This document shows, piece after piece, positions 1 to 8,700 of a stretch of 33,907 nt of DNA (the stretch's first letter is position 1; each line of letters starts with the position of its first letter). The stretch is from the IMG/VR virus record IMGVR_UViG_3300047561_001523, positions 1 through 33,907 of that record; one strand, given 5' to 3'. The DNA comes from a virus. Its lineage: Duplodnaviria; Caudoviricetes. The notes below the pieces were generated by a model. The model had not been told where the DNA came from, made no database searches, and saw only the letters and a program-made list of their open reading frames with translations. The translations under genes and the position numbers were made by a program.

Positions 1-113
1 TTCTGAATGAAAGAAACACTAAGACGATGTTTCTTTGCAATCTGTTCGACTGTTTTGTGTGATTTTATTTTTGATGAATGTGTTTCTTTTATAAACTGCT
101 TAAAACTTTTCAT
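1..113 (-). CDS. 5' part of a gene running off the window edge; DUF5661-like protein with a T4-like capsid-targeting N-terminus
   Basis: Hand translation from ATG at 113 gives MKSFKQFIKETHSSKIKSHKTVEQIAKKHRLSVSFIQ..., open to the edge. A late-promoter-like CTAAATA lies at 129-135. Not in the ORF track. Family call is from memory of the KTVEQIAKKH motif. Confidence 0.7.
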   Translation of the reverse strand, partial: MKSFKQFIKETHSSKIKSHKTVEQIAKKHRLSVSFIQ

Positions 114-127
114 AAGAAACTTTCTAA

Positions 128-559
128 CTATTTAGAGATATCTTCTGCATTTAAACCATTCTTAAGAAGTTTTTGAAGTTCTGCGGTAGAACCAACAAAA
201 AGAGCATTTGTGACGTTTTTTGGTCCAGATATTTGTTCCTTTTTTAGTTCTTTTACTTTTTGGTGAATATCCATCAATTTATCTGTAGAATCGGCAACAT
301 TTTTAATAAGTTGACCAAAAACTTCATATGCCCTTGGTTGCTGTCCATCTTGTGCTAACTCTAAAAGGCTTGTTGCTGCTTCTTGTCCTTTTTCAATTAA
401 ACTATAAAGAGTTCCACGGATATAATCATAATCTAACTCTGAATGATCTTTTTCTTCGATATTTTTTATTTCCTTTTTTGATTCTTTGATGATTTCCTTT
501 GCAGTAATAGTTGCCTTAATATCCAAAGTTTCGTCTATCTTGTCAAAATTATTTTTCAT
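128..559 (-). CDS. g16: terminase small subunit (T4 gp16-like)
   Basis: Motifs DYDYIRGTLYSLIEKG, PRAYEVFGQLIK and NALFVGSTAELQKLL; directly downstream of gp15 with an ATGA overlap. Confidence 0.93.
   Translation of the reverse strand: MKNNFDKIDETLDIKATITAKEIIKESKKEIKNIEEKDHSELDYDYIRGTLYSLIEKGQEAATSLLELAQDGQQPRAYEVFGQLIKNVADSTDKLMDIHQKVKELKKEQISGPKNVTNALFVGSTAELQKLLKNGLNAEDISK
129..135 (-). promoter_or_regulatory. T4-like late promoter (CTAAATA)
   Basis: TAAATA core overlapping the gp16 stop, about 15 nt upstream of the ATG at 113. Confidence 0.55.
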
Positions 560-1608
560 ACATCAATACCTTTGGTCGGACTATAGGTTTTGCCATCACC
601 ATAGTCGTAACGATATTCACTAAATCCAAAATCATCATCTTGTTTAATTAAAGCATCATCTACATTATTGATAAGATTTATAAAAGCACCTATTTTATGT
701 GAAGAAATGGTAGAATCGTCTCTACCTCTAACTACAGTAATTATATTTCCATTTATTGATTCAATAAGCATTTCCTCATTATCAATTTGAATATAATCAT
801 TTATTGAAAGAGATGTCGCACTATTAACTTCAAATTCAACAACCTTTTCATCTATATTTTCAAAAAGTGAAGTGGTGTGGTCTTCATTATAATCTTGAAT
901 TGCTCTTGCTTCAGCAACATAACGAAGTTGTCTAGAGGCATTTTGTCTATTTGTGTCCGAATAGTAATCAACTTGTACTTTTTTAATTAACCCATCAGTA
1001 CTATTTGGAATTGGGCCAAATAGGTAAGTTTTTGCAGTAAAATTTAAATTATATATTATAATTCTTTTTTCGTCATATCCACTTTCATAATTATCTTTAA
1101 AATCTATATTTTCGAGAATCATAGGTATATCTCTTTTCTCGCCAATCGAAGAAATTAAATCTATTGTTAAATTAAATGATGGTTGAAAATATGGAAGTAT
1201 TTGTTCAACAATTTGAAGAGCATCTTCATTATATTGTGCCATAACTGAAAGTTGAATGCCTATGTTGTAGGGAACAGGCATAAAAACTTTATTTGTTATT
1301 TTAGTATCTGAAGTATTTAATGCTTTGAATGTTTGTAATGAAGAAACTTTTCTAGAATTATCATATTGAATATTAGTCATTTCAAATGCTAATCTAGGCA
1401 AAACAATTGAAACTCTTTTTCTTAAATCTGGCTTTTGTTCTAATCTTGCTAAAAACTTTTCAGTAGGTCCATATGCAATTGGTACTTTAATGCTACTATA
1501 TTCATCTCCATTTTTATCTTTATGTTGAATTGTGATATTATTGAAAAGAGTCCCAAATGCTACAATAGTCTTCTTGACTATCTCGTGATAATAATACTGA
1601 CCTAACAT
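556..1608 (-). CDS. g15: tail sheath stabiliser / tail terminator (gp15-like) with an extra C-terminal module
   Basis: Motifs YYYHEIVKKTIVAFGTLFNNI, KVPIAYGP, LPRLAFEM, QIVEQILPYFQP and FTAKTYLFGP; gp13-14-15-16 synteny. Confidence 0.95.
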   Translation of the reverse strand: MLGQYYYHEIVKKTIVAFGTLFNNITIQHKDKNGDEYSSIKVPIAYGPTEKFLARLEQKPDLRKRVSIVLPRLAFEMTNIQYDNSRKVSSLQTFKALNTSDTKITNKVFMPVPYNIGIQLSVMAQYNEDALQIVEQILPYFQPSFNLTIDLISSIGEKRDIPMILENIDFKDNYESGYDEKRIIIYNLNFTAKTYLFGPIPNSTDGLIKKVQVDYYSDTNRQNASRQLRYVAEARAIQDYNEDHTTSLFENIDEKVVEFEVNSATSLSINDYIQIDNEEMLIESINGNIITVVRGRDDSTISSHKIGAFINLINNVDDALIKQDDDFGFSEYRYDYGDGKTYSPTKGIDV

Positions 1609-1627
1609 AATAATACCTTTTATTAAC

Positions 1628-1634
1628 TATTTAG
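1628..1634 (-). promoter_or_regulatory. T4-like late promoter (CTAAATA) for g15
   Basis: TAAATA core in the 28-bp g14-g15 gap, followed by AAAGGT (SD-like) before the ATG at 1608. Confidence 0.6.
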
Positions 1635-1636
1635 AT

Positions 1637-3055
1637 TTAATAATCCCCAAAAGGGTTTTGCTCACTAAAATCTAAAATTTTATCAGATTCGGTTTGTATT
1701 GAAATATTTTCAGAATAAGGATCATTATCGTCCTGCTCATTGAATGATAGAATTTTATAATTTGCATTTGAACCCCCAAAAATTGTTCCCATTCCAGAAA
1801 CTGTTTCTCCTAATGCGAATTCACCATTCAATATCTTAACTTTTAATATTCTTGTATCATAATCCCAATCATCGACTTGTGCTTCTGCTCCAGTTAAAGA
1901 ACCAGTAACTGTCTCATTAAATACATAATTTCCAGTAGAAACTCCAATTGGGGAAGAAATTATAATAGATGGGTTTGCTAGATATCCAGATCCAGAATCT
2001 GTATACCTAATAGAAGTTACGATTCCTAAAGAATTTATTACTGCTTCTGCTTTTGCTGTTGTTCCAGTTACAATTTCGGGTGCCGATATTGTAACAATTG
2101 GATTACTAGAATAATCAAGTCCTCCGGAATTTATAACAATAGGACCTAATGAATTGGGAGAAATAATTGCAGTTGCAATTGCTCCAGAACCACTAGAACC
2201 TATAATGGTGACTGTTGGTATTGACGAATAACCAATTCCTGGATTTACAATAAAAATTTTATCAATTGATTTGCCAACTTGTCCGGAACGATTTGTCATA
2301 ATTGCAACTGCTGTTGCGTTTACGCCAGAAGGAGGTGCAGAAATCAAAACATTTGGAGTATTTAAATAACCAGTTCCATCATTTATTAAATCAATTTTCG
2401 AAACAGAATTTCCAGTAATTGGAAATGAAAGGGCAGAGGCAACTCCTACATATGCTAATGCAACAGATGCAGAAGAAGTAACCATTTTGAGTGTAGAAAT
2501 ATAACCAAAATCTTTTACAGAATTATCTACTTCTGGAATAGATGTGTCAATATCGTCATCTGCTTCATAATCAAATACTTCACATTTCAATTCATAAACA
2601 TAAAGATTATTTAATTGATAAAATGGTGCCTTTCCTTCTACATATTTTATTTCAAATATAGTATTATCTAATGGTAAATAGATAATATCTCCTTCTTCTG
2701 GTCTTGTTCCTACCTGTATTTCTGTGTCGTCTACTATAAATGAAGATATGAAATCTTCATATCTTTCTTTGGAAATAATTAAAGTCAATTCATCTGTAGT
2801 TTGTACACCAAATTTTGACAAAACATCTCCATTTCCACCAAATCCTTGATAATTCATCAAGTATGCTTCTATTCTGTATCCATCATAAAAATTTGATACA
2901 ACTATTTCTTTTATAACACTTGGTTTATTTACAATTCTTCTTGGTATATAAACAATATCTTGTCCATACATTCTTAATTGTTCATTTATTAAATCCTGTA
3001 CTAATCTTTGTTCACTAGCAGAACCTTGTAGAAAATATGGATTAAGTGGAGACAT
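1637..3055 (-). CDS. g14: neck protein / head completion (gp14-like) with a Gly-rich repeat insertion
   Basis: N-terminal LNPYF..EQRLVQDLINEQLRMYGQDIVYIPR, then SKFG and RPEEGDIIYLPL; C-terminal DFSEQNPFG. Confidence 0.95.
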   Translation of the reverse strand: MSPLNPYFLQGSASEQRLVQDLINEQLRMYGQDIVYIPRRIVNKPSVIKEIVVSNFYDGYRIEAYLMNYQGFGGNGDVLSKFGVQTTDELTLIISKERYEDFISSFIVDDTEIQVGTRPEEGDIIYLPLDNTIFEIKYVEGKAPFYQLNNLYVYELKCEVFDYEADDDIDTSIPEVDNSVKDFGYISTLKMVTSSASVALAYVGVASALSFPITGNSVSKIDLINDGTGYLNTPNVLISAPPSGVNATAVAIMTNRSGQVGKSIDKIFIVNPGIGYSSIPTVTIIGSSGSGAIATAIISPNSLGPIVINSGGLDYSSNPIVTISAPEIVTGTTAKAEAVINSLGIVTSIRYTDSGSGYLANPSIIISSPIGVSTGNYVFNETVTGSLTGAEAQVDDWDYDTRILKVKILNGEFALGETVSGMGTIFGGSNANYKILSFNEQDDNDPYSENISIQTESDKILDFSEQNPFGDY

Positions 3056-3059
3056 AGTA

Positions 3060-3875
3060 TTATCCTATCATATCCATTGGTGGTGTTTCATATTCATTTT
3101 TCAGTTGATGTTCGGCCTCTTCTACCTCTTTTATTGCATCTTCATATATTTGTCTACCATTAAGTTGAACACCACCAGGAAGCATTACACCTTGGAATTT
3201 TATCATATTTTGTCCCCATTGTCTTTTAATTAAGGCAGTTACATATTTTTTTAACCACCAATCATTATATACACTTGACACATCTGCTGGATTTACCATT
3301 CTATAGCAATCAAAAATAAGATAATTAGTTGGACTCATTTGGCTCCAGTCAATATCTAAATATAATCTATGATTTTTCTTATTAAATCTGGTTTGAATAT
3401 CTGGAGTAATAATTCTACTTAAATCTTCTAGATATGTTTTTACCATCGCATAATTTAAAAGATCAAGTGCTCCATAGTAATATAAGTCATTTAAAAATAA
3501 TTGATATTTAATATTAAATAAACCACTCGAAATAGTACTAGAGTCTACCTTAAATACATTATTTACACCAATTACATGATCAGGAAGTTGTATAAAATTA
3601 TTAGATTCAGTATAAGAAACAGTCAAAATTCCTACATTTGATGATGCAGTTGAAGTTGTGACTCCTGTTCTTATAGAATCTAATTGGCTTTGTGATAACT
3701 GATGCTTTAAAAATACTTTTTCGATACCATCATAATGTCTTTCATTAAAATATTGAATCGCATCATCAACCAAATCATCAATTTGATCATCATCTACATT
3801 AATTTCTAATACTGGATAACCAAGTTTTCTTAAACAATAATCAATTAATCCTTGGCGAGATGATGGTTGTGCCAT
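3060..3875 (-). CDS. g13: neck protein / head-tail adaptor (gp13-like)
   Basis: Motifs LIDYCLRKLGYPVLEINVDDDQIDD and WLKKYVTALIKRQWGQNMIKFQGVMLPGGVQLNG; SD-like GGAAGGT at 3884-3890. Confidence 0.96.
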   Translation of the reverse strand: MAQPSSRQGLIDYCLRKLGYPVLEINVDDDQIDDLVDDAIQYFNERHYDGIEKVFLKHQLSQSQLDSIRTGVTTSTASSNVGILTVSYTESNNFIQLPDHVIGVNNVFKVDSSTISSGLFNIKYQLFLNDLYYYGALDLLNYAMVKTYLEDLSRIITPDIQTRFNKKNHRLYLDIDWSQMSPTNYLIFDCYRMVNPADVSSVYNDWWLKKYVTALIKRQWGQNMIKFQGVMLPGGVQLNGRQIYEDAIKEVEEAEHQLKNEYETPPMDMIG

Positions 3876-3892
3876 TTTACATTACCTTCCTT

Positions 3893-4090
3893 TTAATATT
3901 TATCCCCATCTATGAAATTATTTTCCAATTCTGATATTTTTCCTAAAAGTTCTCTTCTTTCTTCTTCGAAATCTTTAAGTAGAGATTGTATCCTTGTTTC
4001 CAAAATAATATTTTCATTTGCTAAAAATGATAATTTTTGAGAATACGTATTAATCAAAATAGTTACATCAACATCATTTTGTTTGTTCAT
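3893..4090 (-). CDS. small coiled-coil hypothetical protein (65 aa)
   Basis: The ORF track gives 3893-4108, but the ATG at 4090 follows the upstream stop (4092) directly. Heptad-like L/E pattern. Confidence 0.75.
   Translation of the reverse strand: MNKQNDVDVTILINTYSQKLSFLANENIILETRIQSLLKDFEEERRELLGKISELENNFIDGDKY
3897..3903 (-). promoter_or_regulatory. T4-like late promoter (ATAAATA) for g13
   Basis: ATAAATA within the last codons of the upstream ORF, about 21 nt before the g13 ATG. Confidence 0.6.
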
Positions 4091-4091
4091 T

Positions 4092-5147
4092 CTAGTACTG
4101 TCCTCCATCTATTGTGCTTGTCCAAACTGGAACATTTGAGTTGTCTGTTGTTAAAATAAAATTAGAAGTAGACGCATATCCTATTTCTGGTGTGTTTGTG
4201 CTGACCAATCTCCCATCAGGAGAAAAATATGCAGACCCTCTAGTGCTTATTCCTAATGCATTTGAGAAACTAAATATAATTCCACCAACATCAATTATGC
4301 CTCTTGCTCCTGATACTACGTTATTGGTGATTGTAGCATCAGGAATAAAGGTCAAATAACCGGTACTATCTTTATATCCAAAAAAACCTTTTTTGCTATT
4401 AGTAACTCCAGAACCAACATTATAATCAAAAGAAATACCTTTGTCGGTATTAGTATCATAGTAATGTTTAATTGATAATTGTGATGTTGTTGAAATTGAA
4501 CCAATCGTGTTGTCTTTAATTGTAATAATATTTGTATTGGCATCATATGAAGTGATTGTTGACAATCCACTTAAAGACAGATAAGAGCTTCCACTAATTA
4601 TATCTCCAGTGTTAATTCCTATTATTGAATCTAATTTAATTGTAGAAATACCAACTTCAACTTGTGACATAACTGTTCTAGCACTTGTTATGTCACCAAG
4701 ATTTATAATATCACTATCAGCATTTACAGTTGATGAATTAATTGAAGTAGTAGTTCCGTCAACCTGAAGATCACCTTTAATAATTACTGTTCCTTGATTG
4801 CTTAATCCATCTGGATATGGATCAATATACAATTTATCACCAGTTCCTGGTAAAGATGAAATTACATTTGAACTAATTTTAATATTGTCAAATATTGCAC
4901 CACCAATATTTGTCAAAAGTCCATTTACATTAAGTCTTCCATTAATCGTCACTAAACCACCAAATGATGGTTCGTTAGTTGCTTGCCATTTCAAAATACT
5001 GGAATTATATACCAGTATCATTCCATTAATTTGACCATTAGATACATCAACATCAGATAGTTGAGATAATTTTCCCCCCGCAACAATAGATGTTGCAGGA
5101 ACTTTTATGGCATTTTCGGAACCAAGTCTTACTCTTATTTCTGCCAT
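4092..5147 (-). CDS. virion structural / short fibre-like protein
   Basis: Contains an LSQLSDVD..LVYN...KW fibre motif, beta-rich IKGDLQVDGTTTSINS, and a C-terminal IDGGQY. Lies between the VrlC-like gene and gp13. Confidence 0.75.
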   Translation of the reverse strand: MAEIRVRLGSENAIKVPATSIVAGGKLSQLSDVDVSNGQINGMILVYNSSILKWQATNEPSFGGLVTINGRLNVNGLLTNIGGAIFDNIKISSNVISSLPGTGDKLYIDPYPDGLSNQGTVIIKGDLQVDGTTTSINSSTVNADSDIINLGDITSARTVMSQVEVGISTIKLDSIIGINTGDIISGSSYLSLSGLSTITSYDANTNIITIKDNTIGSISTTSQLSIKHYYDTNTDKGISFDYNVGSGVTNSKKGFFGYKDSTGYLTFIPDATITNNVVSGARGIIDVGGIIFSFSNALGISTRGSAYFSPDGRLVSTNTPEIGYASTSNFILTTDNSNVPVWTSTIDGGQY

Positions 5148-5153
5148 TTGTTT

Positions 5154-5504
5154 TTATGCGGTGGTAATTCCAGCAGAGACAATTGCACTTCCTTCTACTA
5201 CTCTAGTTTTTTTAAACTCTGGAGATGGACCTATTAACAAAACATCATAAGAATATCTTCCAGGTTTTAAAGTAGATGTAATTGATGAACCTAAAGCAAT
5301 ACTTATTTTTCCAAACGCTCTATTTTCAAAGATAACATTAAAACTAGCAGAAGTTTTTGAAGATGCAGGACTTTTTTTCATAACTGAATAGGCAGTATAA
5401 CCAGACAAATTAAGTGGAGTATTTCCTACAGTTTCAAAATTAAATGTTTGTGTAAAGTCCGAACCAGCATTAATAATTAAATTACTGACGTAAGAAGCTG
5501 CCAT
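5154..5504 (-). CDS. small virion structural protein (BppU-N/Ig-like fold)
   Basis: Pattern NLIINAGSDFTQTF...PLNLSGYT...LKPGRYSYDVLL...KTRVVEG, typical of cyanomyophage virion proteins at this locus. Confidence 0.75.
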   Translation of the reverse strand: MAASYVSNLIINAGSDFTQTFNFETVGNTPLNLSGYTAYSVMKKSPASSKTSASFNVIFENRAFGKISIALGSSITSTLKPGRYSYDVLLIGPSPEFKKTRVVEGSAIVSAGITTA

Positions 5505-5528
5505 TCTTTAAAACTTTACCATCTAATA

Positions 5529-5535
5529 TATTTAT
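5529..5535 (-). promoter_or_regulatory. T4-like late promoter (ATAAATA)
   Basis: Overlaps the stop of the 73-aa ORF, about 25 nt before the ATG at 5504. Confidence 0.55.
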
Positions 5536-5753
5536 GTTTTATTAGAGATTAGATCTATTAATAAATTTTTTATTTCATCAATATCTTTTTTGATATTTTG
5601 TACATCAGATTCTAATTTTTTTGTTTTTTCAAGTTCTTTTATTTTTTCATTTTTTATTTTTAAATAATTTTCGTATTCATAATTTGAACAATTCAAAATT
5701 GCATTTGTATTTTCATCTCTAAAAAGAGATTTATTATTTTTTACGGGTATCAT
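5532..5753 (-). CDS. conserved phage hypothetical protein (coiled-coil C-terminus)
   Basis: 73 aa with an LFRDENTNAILN motif; ATGA overlap with the upstream giant gene. Confidence 0.85.
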   Translation of the reverse strand: MIPVKNNKSLFRDENTNAILNCSNYEYENYLKIKNEKIKELEKTKKLESDVQNIKKDIDEIKNLLIDLISNKT

Positions 5754-8700
5754 GATACAGTTGCAATTGCTCTCAAATCTTTAATTCTTGGATACAAAGC
5801 TTGATTTGTTCCCGACATTAAAATTTTAATCTGAAATCCATTAAATGGTGCCACATTGTCAGCAGTAAATTCATAACTTCCAAAATCAGATGAAGTTGTC
5901 GAGGGTAAAACAAGTTTATCTGAAAGTCCACTACTATCTTTAGCATTAATAACATTACCTTCATTGTCAATATTCATATATCCTGGGAATAATTCAAAAA
6001 ATTGTTGTTGCGAAGTTGCATCATCTCTCAATAATCTATACATTACTCTTATATCACTTGTAGAATTCCTAAATGCATCAAATAGTACCTTTAAACTATT
6101 AGCAGATTGTTTTAAATTTATAATTTTTGAAATATAAATTGCTGCATGTGGATCATCTACTAAAGTATTAACTCTAAAATCTGTGGAATAGTTTTGTACT
6201 GGACTATTCAATCTTGTCATTATTGTAATAATATTGACTCTATCCAAGTCCACCATGGGAGATACTTTTGAGTCTTTTGTAGAGAATAACATTTCTAAAG
6301 TGAAAGATTTTCTTCCTGGATAATTTGATAATTGATTATTTTCATTTACTCTGGAAGCAATAATTCTTGGAGACAATAAAATATTATCAGAATTTAATGA
6401 AATATCTTCATACCCTTGATCAATAAATGAAGATTCTGTTCCATCCGAACTTGTTCCTGAAAATGTTCTAATTCTTGAACTTATTTCTGTTGTTGATGGT
6501 GTTAAAGTTTGTATATTTGGTCTGATTATATTGAATGGTATATTTTGTGTTGCTTTTGGTCCTTTTAAACTATTTGTAACTGATAATGATGAATTGTAAG
6601 AACCACCAGATTTTGTTTCATTAAAATAAAGTTCTGGATATCCATTTACATTTCCAGTTGTTCTATCTACTCCATCCTTTGTGGTATCTAATGAAATACT
6701 ATACTCATCAAGATCAATATTGTATGAATTTGAAATATTATGAGTTTTATTGATTCTATTTAATGAAACTCCATTTAATTCGTATTTAAATACTAATTCA
6801 TTCGCACTATAATCTCCTGGTGATATTCCTCTAGAGATTCCAGTTAATGAATTTGTTGGCACATCAACACCTGTATAACGAATAATTTCATTTTGTATTA
6901 ACGCATATCCAGTATTTGCAGCACTTACCGCAACATTTTCAAAACTTGTAAATATTCCAACAGATGACAAAATAATATTATTAGTGGAGTTATAGGCATA
7001 TGAAGATGACAATCTAGATGGTGTCAAATCTGGTTCAATGCCACTTAGAGTAACTTTATTTTGAGATGAATACATTCCATGATTGTTGTGATTTATTGTA
7101 AACCTTAAACCATCACCAATTTCCACAAATGTAGTTACATTTCCATTTGTAATTGTATTAGTCCCTGTAGATCCAATATATTGAATATATTTTGTTGGAT
7201 CTGTTGTATTAATTTTTCCCTGAACATTATTAATAATCAAAGAATTTATAGATGTAATAATTCCACTTGTGTTTGGAATTGAAAGTAGTAAATTTTTACC
7301 AAAAGAACCAGTATCTGATGGAGATATTGTCAATACATCTCCATAGTTATATCCAGTTCCTCCTACTGATACTGTAGCAGCAACAGCAACTCCATTACTT
7401 ATAGTTATATTTGCCTTTGCTCCTTTTCCATATCCTGTAATTGAAACTAAATTTACATTTGAATATAAAGTAGGTCCACTCGTATAACCAGAACCAGCAT
7501 TTGTAATTGAAAGTGTTGTATTTTGAGAAATAGATCCCAATACACCATTCAAACTGGCAGAAAATGATGCATTATTGGTTTGTAGAATCTTTACACCATT
7601 TGTCAATTGTATTTGATCTGAAGATCCAATACTTGTTCCAATTCCAATTAAACTTGATTTTGAATACATTTTTAATGGATTTGGTCTCAATGATACTATT
7701 TGCTTATTTCCAATATCTAAAATTGGATTATAAAATCTAACAGATGCAGGTTCTGTTGTGAAATTTGCTCTATAAAGAGTAAATTTCAAATCTTCAAGTT
7801 GACTTGCATCCCAAGTTGCTCCATTTTGTGATTTAAATAATGACCCCAACAAAGGTTGTTGAGAAACAATAATTTTTTCTGATTCTGGTTTTGTTGCAGT
7901 AGATACGTCAAATTCTCCCATTCTAGATATCCATACATTATATTGATCTGAAGCTGACATTAAAACCAATGCATAAGCATTACCAGATTCCAAATATACT
8001 GGAGATGGAAAAGTAAATGTAGTTGGAACTGATGCATCTTCTGATAATGATACTGAATCCGAATCTAATACTATTTCACCAAATGGTAAAATAGTTTGAG
8101 TTGGTAGTCCAGTTGTCATTGTTCTAATTTGAAGAGTAACTGGTAAATTATTGGTAGATTTTGATCTAAAGAATACATCACATTTTGTTACAAATATTCC
8201 ATTCGAGTCATTGACTTCAAAAGATTGAGCTAAAGGATCTACCCATCTACTATTAGTTACTGATCTATTTCCAAATGAAGTATTTGCAACAATTCTAGTA
8301 TCAGTTTCTGTCGTTACCCTTTGGTCCGTTCTAACATCCCTTGAAATTTCTGCATTTCTAATTCTAAGAGTTGTTGCTTCTACATTATCAAGTGTTCCAC
8401 TTGAAGTGAAATTTGATTCTGCCGAGCTTTCACTAAATCCAGATATTTGAGAATCTACATCACTTGTTGTTAATCTGAGCGTTTTTGTTCCAGTTACAAA
8501 TGATGGTGTTGATGGTGTTGTTGGATCTGGAATAAACAAAGAACCAATAAATGTTCCAACATTATCACTAATTAATCTTATATTTTTAACTTTACATATT
8601 GATTTGCTTGATTGTCCAACTAACTGCATATCAGCAATTACTGATCCATAAAAACCTGATTGTGACTGTATTTCTAAACTTGCAGTATCAATATTTAAAA

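Noticed and set aside
4114-5034. ORFs 4114-4359(+), 4352-4570(-) and 4798-5034(+)
   Set aside because: Shadow or alternate-frame ORFs fully inside the 351-aa structural gene.
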